In this document: positions 1 through 9,155 of the stretch, piece by piece
Numbering within the stretch: the stretch's first letter is position 1
How the letters are laid out: every line of letters begins with the position of its first letter
NCBI GenBank assembly: GCA_041662445.1
Contig: JBAZSL010000002.1
Location: 35,423-99,422, forward strand
Direction of reading: 5' to 3'
Source: Candidatus Babeliales bacterium
Lineage (GTDB): Bacteria > Babelota > Babeliae > Babelales > RVW-14
DNA: 64,000 nucleotides
Program-made: the position numbers and the translations under genes
The notes under the pieces: model-generated
The model's input: only the letters and a program-made list of their open reading frames with translations
Database searches by the model: none
Told to the model about the DNA's origin: nothing

Positions 1-1
1 G

Positions 2-820
2 CTTTTTTTGCAAAATGTTAAAGTAGTACTTGATTGTGCCAATGGGGCGGCTTATAAAATTGCGCCAGAAATTTTTCGTGCTTTGGGGGCGACGGTTATT
101 ACCATTGCCGATACGCCCAATGGTACCAATATTAACGACAACTGTGGTTCTCTCCATCCAGAGGAATTGGCGCGTGTTGTTGTGGCTCACGGTGCGGATG
201 CGGGATTTGCTTTTGATGGTGATGCTGATCGTGTTATTGCCGTCAATCGTTTGGGGATGATAAAGGATGGTGATGATATTTTGACGCTTTTATTGAATCT
301 TCCCTCATACCAAAATATTGCACATGTGGTGGGGACGCTTTTTACCAATAAAGGGTTTGAGGAATATCTGGTTGGACAGGGCAAGCATTTGTTCCGTACC
401 AAAGTTGGTGAAAAGTATGTTGCATCAAAGTTAGAAGAAGAAAATCTCCCTTTGGGCGGAGAAGTATCGGGACATATCATAACCAGGGATTATTCAGCTA
501 CCGGCGATGGTATTTTTGTGGCCCTGAAGGTTCTTGAAGCGATTATTGCTACTCATAATTGGGACATGGTTACTTTCAAGAAATTCCCCCAGGTTCTCAT
601 AAATGTGCCGGTACGTCACAAACATGATCTTGCATTGCAACCCTATGCAGCGCTTATTGAAGAATATGAACGAACAATGAGCCCAGGAAGAGTTATTGTG
701 CGTTATTCTGGCACTGAGCCGCTTCTTCGTGTTATGACAGAAGCTCCGACGCATGAACAAGCGCACTGTGTTGCCAAGAAGTTGGCAGAGGCGCTTCAAA
801 AGGCGCTCGAAACATCGTAA
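2..820 (+). CDS. glmM: phosphoglucosamine mutase, C-terminal ~270 aa (gene truncated by window start)
   Basis: Frame is open to base 2. Translation has the phosphohexomutase Mg-binding loop FDGDADR, the GGEVSGH sugar-binding loop and the C-terminal RYSGTEPLLRVMTE loop, in GlmM order. Confidence 0.9.
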   Translation, partial: LFLQNVKVVLDCANGAAYKIAPEIFRALGATVITIADTPNGTNINDNCGSLHPEELARVVVAHGADAGFAFDGDADRVIAVNRLGMIKDGDDILTLLLNLPSYQNIAHVVGTLFTNKGFEEYLVGQGKHLFRTKVGEKYVASKLEEENLPLGGEVSGHIITRDYSATGDGIFVALKVLEAIIATHNWDMVTFKKFPQVLINVPVRHKHDLALQPYAALIEEYERTMSPGRVIVRYSGTEPLLRVMTEAPTHEQAHCVAKKLAEALQKALETS

Positions 821-835
821 TGAAGGAGATCCTGT

Positions 836-1507
836 ATGGATATTGTTGAGAGCTTGAAAAAAGCTTTACACCTTGTTCGGTCAACATTTCTAAGTGGGTT
901 ATTTACTCTTATTCCTATTGCTGCAACCTTATTTTTTCTGCATTTTCTCTACAACCTTGTACTCAGAATGCTGGCGCCGGTGTACAAATTGGAGCCTACT
1001 TTTCTTAAGGTTATTCCAGGAATTGAATTTGTGATTGTTGTTGTTCTTATTTTGCTTCTTGGGGTGGTGCTTAAGGTTTTTATTGCCCATCAAATTATTC
1101 ATTATTTTGAGCGGCTTATTGCTCGTATCCCTTTGGTGCGCATTGTGTATTCATCTGCCAAAATAGTGGTCGACTTTTTTAAGGTGCCTGCTGTTTCTAC
1201 GACCGTTATTAAGGGGCAAAAAAAGGTTGTGCTTATTCCTTATCCCAAAAAGGGTCAGTATCACTTAGCATTTTTATTAGAAAGTGCAGAAGATTCTTAT
1301 CAAAAAATAATTCCAGCCTCTTTTAAAGAATATCCGGAACAAAAATTTGTTAAGGTTTTTATGCCACATTCGCCTAATCCAACAAGCGGTTTTTTCTTTA
1401 TCATGCCTGAAGAAGAGATCATCCAAACGGAGATAACCTTTGAAGAGGCTATCAAGACGCTTGTTTCATGTGGACTCATTACACCAGAAACGCTTAAAAG
1501 GTCATAA
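836..1507 (+). CDS. DUF502-family membrane protein
   Basis: AAGGAG lies 8 nt upstream of the ATG. Two N-terminal hydrophobic helices and the conserved SPNPTSGFF motif are typical of DUF502 proteins. Confidence 0.7.
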   Translation: MDIVESLKKALHLVRSTFLSGLFTLIPIAATLFFLHFLYNLVLRMLAPVYKLEPTFLKVIPGIEFVIVVVLILLLGVVLKVFIAHQIIHYFERLIARIPLVRIVYSSAKIVVDFFKVPAVSTTVIKGQKKVVLIPYPKKGQYHLAFLLESAEDSYQKIIPASFKEYPEQKFVKVFMPHSPNPTSGFFFIMPEEEIIQTEITFEEAIKTLVSCGLITPETLKRS

Positions 1508-1523
1508 AAAACAGATACCACCT

Positions 1524-2573
1524 ATGATGCTCTTCACGTACTTAGCGCGTAAATTTTCCCTCTATGTTTTTTCTATCGGCTTCCTACTCGCCTTCATTTT
1601 TAATTTCATCGAATTTTTCGAGAAAATGGTGCGGGTTAAGCAGGCTAACGCAATGGCAATAACGACATTTTTGAGTCTCAATTTTATTCCAACATTTTTG
1701 GATTTATTGCTTATTGGCGTGTGGCTTGCAACATGTTTTCTTATCAAAGAGTTATGTTGGCACCATGAATGGGAATTATTGCAACTATTAACCTACATAC
1801 CCAAAAAACTTTTTGTGTTTATGGCCATTATGGGCCTTGCCGTAAGTTCAACGGCTTTTGTTATTAATGAATACTGTGGCGCTACGTTGGCATTTAAGGC
1901 GGACAAATTTAAGCAAGAGCGATTAAAACAATCAATGGACCATGTCCTCATGACCACATGGCTTGAACTTGATAAGGGAAGGTTCTGTTACTTCAGCGTA
2001 CTTAATACCAGGACACTGCAAGGAGAAGATCTTTTGTTGATCACCATGTCCCCCCAGGGAATGTTGCAGTCCGTCATTAAAGCCCCACTGTTTAGTGTGG
2101 ATTTTAAAACGATGGCCATTCATGTGCCAAATGGATATGAGTTTGACCATGAAGAACGAGATGAAAAGAAGATACACAATAAGTTTTTTGTTGTGCCCGC
2201 TTTTTTTTCTCAGCTACGTATTAATCTTGAGATCCCAACTGTGGGCAATATGTTGAATAGAGTTACCTTTTATCGCCATGCCCTTCCGCAAGTGGTTTAT
2301 AACGAGCTCTTAGGTAAGCTTTTTGCCCGCATCAACTATTTTTTACAGATTTTACTCTGTCCTTTGCTGGTGCTGGCACTTTTTATGTGTACGCAACATC
2401 CATATCTACGGTGGGTTTTTGCACTTTCGGCCTATCCGTTGTGTATTATTGCGAGCCTTGTTGGTGATGCAGGGGTACGGCATGGACTACATGCAAGCTT
2501 TGTCTTTCTCACGTTTTTAATTATGATGTTGTTTGTTGGATGGTGCTGGGTGCGTTGTTTGAGCCGGGCTTAG
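1524..2573 (+). CDS. LptF/LptG (YjgP/YjgQ) family permease
   Basis: The track ORF starts at 1440 but overlaps the previous gene. The ATG at 1524 gives the usual family N-terminus (MMLFTYLARKFSLYVF..). About 350 aa with three N-terminal TM segments, a central soluble region and three C-terminal TM segments. Confidence 0.65.
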   Translation: MMLFTYLARKFSLYVFSIGFLLAFIFNFIEFFEKMVRVKQANAMAITTFLSLNFIPTFLDLLLIGVWLATCFLIKELCWHHEWELLQLLTYIPKKLFVFMAIMGLAVSSTAFVINEYCGATLAFKADKFKQERLKQSMDHVLMTTWLELDKGRFCYFSVLNTRTLQGEDLLLITMSPQGMLQSVIKAPLFSVDFKTMAIHVPNGYEFDHEERDEKKIHNKFFVVPAFFSQLRINLEIPTVGNMLNRVTFYRHALPQVVYNELLGKLFARINYFLQILLCPLLVLALFMCTQHPYLRWVFALSAYPLCIIASLVGDAGVRHGLHASFVFLTFLIMMLFVGWCWVRCLSRA

Positions 2574-2703
2574 TGCCGATTGTTCGTCTGGTTCATTGCT
2601 TGAAAAAACTTTTTATTTACTTAAAATGGGTAGTCTGCATGCAAAATGGGCCGTATTTTGTGGCGACAGGTGTTGAGAAAAACGGCGTTACGAGAGGAAT
2701 CTT

Positions 2704-3645
2704 ATGATAATTAAGGCGATGAATGGGATGCGGATAGCTCAGGGGGTACTGCTTGCTGCTGTGTGCATGTTGGGGCTTAATGCGTATCCAGAGTTCAAAA
2801 AAATTGACCAGCCATTTGTCTTTTTCAAGGCTGCCGATGGCTTTAAGTTCCCTTACATGATGGTATGCAATCCTGGCCTTAATCAGTGGAACATGGTGCT
2901 GTGTGGTACCGTCAAAAATGGCAAAACGCGCTTGGCCAAATCTGCAGAAGATCTTGAAAATTTAGTCCCGCTGAGAAATACAATCAAGTTTGCCGACAAT
3001 GGTTCACAGATTGATAAAAAATATCCCGGTTATCGCGATGCGAATCTTGCCATCATGCTTGAGGTTTTTTTCAGAGCTGTTGGGCTTATTCCTCAAGATG
3101 GCTATGCAGGCACCGTTTTGTTTGATGAGTACAAAGCTGGCCTGCCGATAAAAGCGGTTTTTGGCTCTATTGAGTACTTCAGAGCCTGGCGTAACTATAT
3201 GATCAAACACCTTGCGACAGCCGATTCCTCCATCTTTCCTCTCAAAAAACCATTATTGATGATGGAATTTCTTGATGGTAAAGCAACTTTTAATGAAGAT
3301 GATCTGCGCTTTTTGCGTAGTTGCTTTGTGATTCTTGACCCAACCGATGCCTCAGCTTGTGCATTCTTCGAGTGTGCTCAGTCCAAGCTTAACGATGTTA
3401 TGGACATGACGGATGAAGCTAGGTTTGTCAAAGAAAGCGTTGGCGAGATGTTTATGCGAAAAATTGAAGACTTTAGTAGTTTGGAAGCAAAAAAAGTAAC
3501 GCTAGCTCTATCAGCTGCTGTAGCTTTTTACTTCTTGATCGCACCTGTGACAGATATTATAAAGGATTGGGGCGCAAAATACGGACCAGTTGGTGGCCTC
3601 AAGTCTTTATTTAAGGACAAAATACCTGCTGCTGCCAAATCATAA
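2704..3645 (+). CDS. hypothetical exported/membrane protein (signal-peptide-like N-terminus, C-terminal hydrophobic anchor)
   Basis: 313-aa ORF with GAGAGGAA upstream. N-terminus MRIAQGVLLAAVCMLGLNA is signal-like and there is a hydrophobic stretch LALSAAVAFYFLIAPV near the C-terminus. I recognise no family motif. A strong terminator follows. Confidence 0.5.
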   Translation: MIIKAMNGMRIAQGVLLAAVCMLGLNAYPEFKKIDQPFVFFKAADGFKFPYMMVCNPGLNQWNMVLCGTVKNGKTRLAKSAEDLENLVPLRNTIKFADNGSQIDKKYPGYRDANLAIMLEVFFRAVGLIPQDGYAGTVLFDEYKAGLPIKAVFGSIEYFRAWRNYMIKHLATADSSIFPLKKPLLMMEFLDGKATFNEDDLRFLRSCFVILDPTDASACAFFECAQSKLNDVMDMTDEARFVKESVGEMFMRKIEDFSSLEAKKVTLALSAAVAFYFLIAPVTDIIKDWGAKYGPVGGLKSLFKDKIPAAAKS

Positions 3646-3680
3646 TAAGCTCAAATAATTTTGATATGTATTGAATGTGT

Positions 3681-3714
3681 AAGAGGGTCGCGTAAAAACC
3701 GACCCTCTTTTTTT
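3681..3714 (+). terminator. rho-independent terminator between convergent genes
   Basis: Perfect 10-bp stem aagagggtcg (3681-3690) / cgaccctctt (3700-3709) with a 9-nt loop, running into a 7-T tract (3708-3714). It lies 36 nt after the stop of the 2704-3645 ORF. Confidence 0.7.
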
Positions 3715-4453
3715 ACGCCTGCTCGAAGAGCCCAAGAAATTCTTTGTTTCCTGCAGTGCCCCCAAGAATAGGGGAATCGATAATCTTTGTGAGCGTAAAA
3801 CCGAATTCAGCCATACCGCGCGTGATTTTATCAATGACCTTTTGATGAATGGCTGGATCTTTGACGATACCTCCGCGGCTTACTTCTTCCCGCTCCGCCT
3901 CAAATTGTGGTTTGATGAGCGCGATAACTTTGCCATGGGGTGCGATAAGCTTTTTTATAGCGGGCATGACTTTAAGCAATGAAATAAACGATAAATCCAG
4001 CGTGACCAGATCAACAGGCTCTGGCAATATACCTAGATGTCGCAGATTAGTTTTTTCATAGAGTACGACCCGTGGATCGTTGCGAACTTTTTCGTGTACC
4101 TGACCGTACCCAACATCAATGCCATAAATGCGTTGAGCTCCACGTTGCAGGAGACAATCGGTAAAGCCACCCGTTGAAATACCAGCATCAAGAACGATGG
4201 CATTCTCAGCATTAATCTCAAAAGCATCAAGTGCTGCTTCAAGTTTAAAACCTGCTCGGCTGACGTATTTGGGGGCCATGGCGGTGAGGGTAATTTCAAC
4301 ATCGTCAGCAACCTGGGTTCCAGGCTTTGTGACCGGTTGGTCATCCACCAGCACTTTACCCTGCATAATAAATCCCTGAATCTGGTTGCGTGACAGTGTT
4401 GGATAACGTTCAAGGACCGCGGCATCAAGGCGTTTTTTTATTTTTTTGCTCAT
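3713..4453 (-). CDS. tlyA: TlyA-family 16S/23S rRNA (cytidine-2'-O)-methyltransferase
   Basis: N-terminal S4-like RNA-binding segment (RLDAAVLERYPTLSRNQIQGFIMQGKVLVDD) followed by an FtsJ-type SAM fold (VLDAGISTGGFTDCLLQRGA). Its start overlaps the upstream stop by 1 nt (TAATG). Confidence 0.85.
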   Translation of the reverse strand: MSKKIKKRLDAAVLERYPTLSRNQIQGFIMQGKVLVDDQPVTKPGTQVADDVEITLTAMAPKYVSRAGFKLEAALDAFEINAENAIVLDAGISTGGFTDCLLQRGAQRIYGIDVGYGQVHEKVRNDPRVVLYEKTNLRHLGILPEPVDLVTLDLSFISLLKVMPAIKKLIAPHGKVIALIKPQFEAEREEVSRGGIVKDPAIHQKVIDKITRGMAEFGFTLTKIIDSPILGGTAGNKEFLGLFEQA

Positions 4454-6108
4454 TATTCCACCGCAGGGTTACTTTTTGGGGTCCTGGGGGTTTGACCATT
4501 GATTTCAAGTTGTTTAAGAAGTGGCGATTTGTCGTAGAAGTAACGAGCTGTGAGCATCTCCTCTTCTTTGAGCATTTTATCTACCGAAAGTACCGCATAA
4601 AAATTTTCGTCGGTACGGATAGTGATGTAGCGTGATTTTTTGCTCTTGATAATTGCTGATCTGAAGTCGTCGAGCGTTTTGACTTTCTGATCATTGACCT
4701 CTTCGATGATTTGACCAAGGCGTAAAATGCGTGCGCGTGAGGCCTGGGAGTTAGGAAGAATATTGGTGATAACCAGCGCTGGCTCATGCTGAAGTTCGGT
4801 GTTGCCGTAACGCACGAGGCTGGGAACGCGTTGTATGAGTATCCCAACGTGACACAGCGAGAGAGGCATCACCACCATACCGCCAAGAATTTCATAATCG
4901 ATGGCGTCGCCCTCGAATTCTGGATAAATCATGCGTACTGGCGGCAGATAGGTGTGTTTAAACGAAGCTTTAAATTCTTTGCGGACGCCCTTGCGATAAA
5001 TGACGAAATTGAGCGTATCTCCGATCATGAGACGGTTTAAAAATTCGAGCAGTGATATCTTATCTTCGCTCCAAGGTACGTTAATGTCGCCATATAAATC
5101 GACATCGTATCCGTTAATTTGATACAGCATATCACCTGCTTTAACCCCAAGGTTTGCCAGAAGCGTTCCCTCAAAAATTTTAGCAATGTACCAACCGCCT
5201 TGTGGGGGATTGCCTAAGTATTGGACCATTTCTGGCGTTGCATGAGTAAAAATGCATCCTAGTGTTGGTTTACGCAAAAGTTTAACTTTATAAAGATCCT
5301 TGAGCGCGCTTTTTACCTCATTAATAGGAATGATATAACCAACGTTCTGGGCTTCCAAAATGCCGCGTGAATTGATGCCAATAACATCTCCATTGGTATC
5401 AAGGGCCGGTCCACCAGAATTACCAGGATTAAGGGGTGCGGTTATTTGAATGAATCCATGCTCGCGGCCGCTAACGATACCCAATGTGCTTTTGAGCCGC
5501 AGTTGACCGAGAGGATACCCGAGAGCCAAAACCTCTTGCGAGCGAAGAACAAGGTCAGAGTCACCCAGTTTTAACCACGATATTTTTTGGTTTTTCTGAA
5601 TAATGGTTTCGTGTGCGTCCTTCGTGAGACGCAAAAGCGCTATATCACGTTCGGGGCAAACGCCAATGATGGTGACATCAAAGCGTTCGAGTCCAAACGA
5701 CGGTATTTGAATTTCCATGCCGCACGACTGGGCTATGACATGATAATTGGTAATGATATCGCCTTTATCATTGATAAAAAAACCACTGCCAGCCGATTCA
5801 TTAATATCCGGGCTTTTGTAGGGCTCAAGCCAGTTAAACTCTGCTATATGTGAATAAACCTGTACGACGGTGTCCCGCACTTGTTTTTGTACGTCAAGCC
5901 ATGTGCCACCGGATTTGGATGAGATGATGCGGGCTGGAGCAAGAGCGCTGTTCTTTCTGCTGAGTTCTTCGCGATTGTTTTTTACCAGTGAGGTGAGTTG
6001 CGAGAGCGCTGCTGTGTGCTGTCGGTAGAGGCTAAAAATCCAAAAAACGACTCCGATTGAAGTAAGAAGTACTACCAATCCAGCTATTCTCCTCAAAGCG
6101 TTGTTCAT
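4453..6108 (-). CDS. htrA: HtrA/DegP-family (S1C) serine protease with N-terminal membrane anchor and PDZ region
   Basis: Catalytic triad context TNYHVI (His), DIALLRL (Asp) and GNSGGPAL (Ser). N-terminal TM segment IAGLVVLLTSIGVVFWIF and a long C-terminal PDZ-like region. Confidence 0.85.
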   Translation of the reverse strand: MNNALRRIAGLVVLLTSIGVVFWIFSLYRQHTAALSQLTSLVKNNREELSRKNSALAPARIISSKSGGTWLDVQKQVRDTVVQVYSHIAEFNWLEPYKSPDINESAGSGFFINDKGDIITNYHVIAQSCGMEIQIPSFGLERFDVTIIGVCPERDIALLRLTKDAHETIIQKNQKISWLKLGDSDLVLRSQEVLALGYPLGQLRLKSTLGIVSGREHGFIQITAPLNPGNSGGPALDTNGDVIGINSRGILEAQNVGYIIPINEVKSALKDLYKVKLLRKPTLGCIFTHATPEMVQYLGNPPQGGWYIAKIFEGTLLANLGVKAGDMLYQINGYDVDLYGDINVPWSEDKISLLEFLNRLMIGDTLNFVIYRKGVRKEFKASFKHTYLPPVRMIYPEFEGDAIDYEILGGMVVMPLSLCHVGILIQRVPSLVRYGNTELQHEPALVITNILPNSQASRARILRLGQIIEEVNDQKVKTLDDFRSAIIKSKKSRYITIRTDENFYAVLSVDKMLKEEEMLTARYFYDKSPLLKQLEINGQTPRTPKSNPAVE

Positions 6109-6207
6109 GAAACAATCCTTTTGCTCTCCACGCTCTTATTGATTCCTTATGCACACAAAGTGAAGCGAGTGTAACAGATTAAATTTGGGGTGGCTAAAAT
6201 TAGATGA

Positions 6208-6984
6208 TTAACGTTTGAATACGCAATGATTGCGGCGTAAATGTTCTTCAAGGGCGAATATAAAGTAGGCGATAAGAGAGATCAAAAGCGCCTGCGTGAT
6301 GCCGGCAACAATGGCCAACGCGAGCCACGAAAGTATTGCCAATGCATAATAACGACGTTGTGCGATATGTTTGAAAGTAGGGAATGGAATGGTGCTGATC
6401 ATGAGACCGGCAAGGACGGGCATGAGAACCAAAAAACAAGTGAGTGATACTGATGAAAGCAAGGGGGTATGCGTTGCAAGCAGAACGGCTGCAATCAAAC
6501 AACCTGCGATAGGAGTTGGCGTGCCGATGAAAGAATTTGTTTGCTGACTGTGCGTGATATTGAATCGTGCCAAGCGCAGGAGGCCTGCGGCAAGGAATGC
6601 GCCACAAGCAAAAAAACCAATGTATCCAAAGTTACTGAGCTGCCAGGTATATGCCAAAAGTGCCGGGGCAAGGCAAAAAGTGACGGCATCACTAAGGGAG
6701 TCTAATTGAAGCCCCAAATTACTCGTAAAGTTGGTATAGCGAGCGATGCGGCCATCAAGTGAATCCATGAATGCTCCAGCAAGTATACCTACTGCTGCAG
6801 CTTTAAAATTTCCACAACCTGCACAAATAATTGAACCAAACCCGCACAGGGCATTGCTCATGGTAAAAAGGTTAGGGAGGACGCGAAGGCTTTGAACAAA
6901 GCGATTACCAGGGAATGAAAAATGACCAAATTTCCGGTGCCGATGACGATGGGCGAAAATAATGATTTTTTTTGTCAAAGCCAT
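6208..6984 (-). CDS. pssA: CDP-diacylglycerol--serine O-phosphatidyltransferase (CDP-alcohol phosphatidyltransferase family)
   Basis: Complete CDP-alcohol transferase signature D-G-x2-A-R-x8-G-x3-D-x3-D in DSLDGRIARYTNFTSNLGLQLDSLSD. Polytopic and about 258 aa. Confidence 0.8.
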   Translation of the reverse strand: MALTKKIIIFAHRHRHRKFGHFSFPGNRFVQSLRVLPNLFTMSNALCGFGSIICAGCGNFKAAAVGILAGAFMDSLDGRIARYTNFTSNLGLQLDSLSDAVTFCLAPALLAYTWQLSNFGYIGFFACGAFLAAGLLRLARFNITHSQQTNSFIGTPTPIAGCLIAAVLLATHTPLLSSVSLTCFLVLMPVLAGLMISTIPFPTFKHIAQRRYYALAILSWLALAIVAGITQALLISLIAYFIFALEEHLRRNHCVFKR

Positions 6985-6999
6985 AATATCCCCCTGTGC

Positions 7000-7524
7000 T
7001 TATGACGCAACGCTTACTTGAGCATGCCTAAGTACTTTTCCCTTAAGCGTATATCCTTTGCGGAACTCCTGTACAATTTCACCGCTACGATGCTCAGGAC
7101 TTGTAACTTGCATAAGGGCTTCATGAAGTTCTGGGTTGAAAAGTCCCGCTGTTGAAATTTCTTCAACACCAAGCCCTGTAAGTGTTTTTTTAAAGTTTTT
7201 TGCGATCAGTTGGAAGCCTTCTAACCAGGCAATAGTTTCTGGCGTTGTTTGTTGCCCCGTATTAGAAAGTGCTCGCTCCAAGTCATCCAAAATAGGAATC
7301 ATTTTTTCAATGACGTCTATGTGGATAAGCGTTGCCCACTCGCTTCGTTCGCGCTCTGTTCGGCGTTTGAAATTTTGCAGATCGGCTGTTGTGCGTAAAA
7401 AGAGAGCTTTATAATCTGGTTGTTGCGTTTGCTCGACGGGCGCATCAGCTATTGGCGTCTCTGTTGTTGGAGCTTCTGGTTGGGTAGTATCTTTTTTAAT
7501 ATTGTTGTCGTCGTTGTTTGCCAT
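7000..7524 (-). CDS. grpE: nucleotide exchange factor GrpE
   Basis: Acidic low-complexity N-terminus, then the coiled-coil motif LRTTADLQNFKRRTERE and a C-terminal beta domain (GYTLKGKVLRHAQVSV) as in GrpE. Confidence 0.9.
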   Translation of the reverse strand: MANNDDNNIKKDTTQPEAPTTETPIADAPVEQTQQPDYKALFLRTTADLQNFKRRTERERSEWATLIHIDVIEKMIPILDDLERALSNTGQQTTPETIAWLEGFQLIAKNFKKTLTGLGVEEISTAGLFNPELHEALMQVTSPEHRSGEIVQEFRKGYTLKGKVLRHAQVSVAS

Positions 7525-7664
7525 GGCTTTTATTTTTTCGTTGTGTTGGTATTTGTACGTAATAAACTCTAAATTTCACCTTAACTCTAGCATAAAAAGT
7601 GTTGGCCCAAAAGCCAATATCTTGGGTAAAAACCTGTTTTAAATGAGCTAAAGAAGGGTATGTA

Positions 7665-8501
7665 ATGGATTTGTATGAGCACTATCTGTGTTTATGGGAG
7701 CAAGGTCTTGTTGGGAAGGGGTTTTCACGGCGGTTGCCCGACTATGCTACGCGTTCATGGTTCGGCTACCTTCAAAAAGCACTGCCTTGTGGTTCAGGTG
7801 CCTTTTTAGACGTTGGCGCCGGAGACGGAAGGCTCAGCCTTGTCCTGTTGACTGCAGGCTATAAGAAAGGGGTAGCCCTTGAGGTGTGTGTCGATCGATC
7901 ATCCTGGGATTATATTTGTACCCATTACAAAAATTTTCATCTCCACGAGGCAACGTTGCAAGATGCCATGAATTATCTTGATCAAAAATTTGATTTTGTG
8001 GTGATTGCCGAAGTTTTTGAGCACATTCCGTCCACGGATGTTGAACCATTTCTACATAAACTTTCTCAGGTCGTGGCTCCTGGCGGGACTGTTTTTTTAA
8101 CAACCCCCAATTTTTATGTTCAAGGTCCTGCACAGCAAAGTCCTCTGTGGTATGAACGTTGTTCGTATGGTCATTACAAGCATTATACAGCTGCAGAACT
8201 CACGCAGTTGTTAACAACTGCCGGTTTTTGTGTGCAACGATGTGATTTTGAATGTCATTGTTTGAAGAAAGTGCTTTATGATAAGTGTTTTTATCACGTG
8301 TCGCGCTGGGATGAACGTCTGAGCAGCTCGAAACGATTGCCGGCATATGCAAAAAAGGCATACCGTGTGATTTCTTGGCCAGCTATCATGATAATTCGCC
8401 TGTATTTTAGAGCTCTTGCGCGTGTTGTCTTTTTCATAGAGTCTTACAGAAGCAGTGAGCAATCATCTGCTACAATTATTATGACGGCTCGCAAGATGTA
8501 A
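7665..8501 (+). CDS. class I SAM-dependent methyltransferase
   Basis: SAM motif I FLDVGAGDGRLS, post-I/II FDFVVIAEVFEHIP and motif III APGGTVFLTTPN. Confidence 0.7.
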   Translation: MDLYEHYLCLWEQGLVGKGFSRRLPDYATRSWFGYLQKALPCGSGAFLDVGAGDGRLSLVLLTAGYKKGVALEVCVDRSSWDYICTHYKNFHLHEATLQDAMNYLDQKFDFVVIAEVFEHIPSTDVEPFLHKLSQVVAPGGTVFLTTPNFYVQGPAQQSPLWYERCSYGHYKHYTAAELTQLLTTAGFCVQRCDFECHCLKKVLYDKCFYHVSRWDERLSSSKRLPAYAKKAYRVISWPAIMIIRLYFRALARVVFFIESYRSSEQSSATIIMTARKM

Positions 8502-8702
8502 CCATCAAGATTCATTTTCGATAACTAGATTGAGTCGGTTTTTTCAAAAGCAAAGTAATCATCTTTTTAGTATTTGTCAGCATTTTTTTCTCAAGTTGAT
8601 CTCATTGTTGTTAGACCCGATTTTTTTCCTTTAAACTGTCAAAACCTAAATCGTCTTTTAAAAAAATATTGGTATGTATGAATTTGGGAGGAATGGGCCT
8701 TG

Positions 8703-9155
8703 ATGCATGGACGTATCAAACGTATCTGTACTTCATTTATCGACGTTCCGCATAAAATTGCGGTAGCAGTTTATTTTGCCGGATGTTCAATTCGCTGTAG
8801 TGGGTGCCAGAACAAGGCGTTGTGGGATCCCATGAGCGGTGAAGAGATGTCGGCTGATGATGTCATAAAAAATATTCGGCAGCATCCGCTTGCTGAATAT
8901 GTAGTGTTCTTGGGTGGTGAGCCAACTGACCAAATGGAATTTTTAATTCATGTCTGCGCGCGTATTGTACAAGAGGTGCACCTACCTATTGCACTTTATA
9001 CCGGACGTGAATTTGAAGTACTCCCACAAGCTCTTGTAACAACAGTTGATTTGATTGTATGCGGCCCTTACCGACAAGATTTGCATGTTGGTGGATGGCC
9101 AGCTTCGTCAAATCAGAGGATTTTTAAGAAGGAATTAGATCAATGGAAATTGTAA
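8703..9155 (+). CDS. nrdG: anaerobic ribonucleoside-triphosphate reductase activating protein (radical SAM)
   Basis: Radical-SAM cluster motif CSIRCSGC (CxxxCxxC) near the N-terminus. About 150 aa, GGGAGG 11 nt upstream of the ATG, and a 13-nt overlap with nrdD. Confidence 0.85.
   Translation: MHGRIKRICTSFIDVPHKIAVAVYFAGCSIRCSGCQNKALWDPMSGEEMSADDVIKNIRQHPLAEYVVFLGGEPTDQMEFLIHVCARIVQEVHLPIALYTGREFEVLPQALVTTVDLIVCGPYRQDLHVGGWPASSNQRIFKKELDQWKL

Noticed and set aside
1440-1523. N-terminal extension of the LptF/G-like ORF given by the six-frame track
   Set aside because: The extension overlaps the 3' end of the DUF502 gene and encodes a basic non-family peptide. The ATG at 1524 gives the canonical family N-terminus.
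7581-7618. Possible CIRCE heat-shock operator upstream of grpE (TTAACTCTAGCATAAAAAGTGTT) and a small palindrome TTGGC-N6-GCCAA
   Set aside because: The match to TTAGCACTC-N9-GAGTGCTAA is poor, with only the TTA and scattered bases shared. The 5-bp palindrome is too short to be meaningful.
8502-8699. NrdR box or riboswitch in the 200-bp leader of nrdG-nrdD
   Set aside because: I could not find a 16-bp NrdR-type palindrome or any extended conserved helices. The region is simply T-rich.
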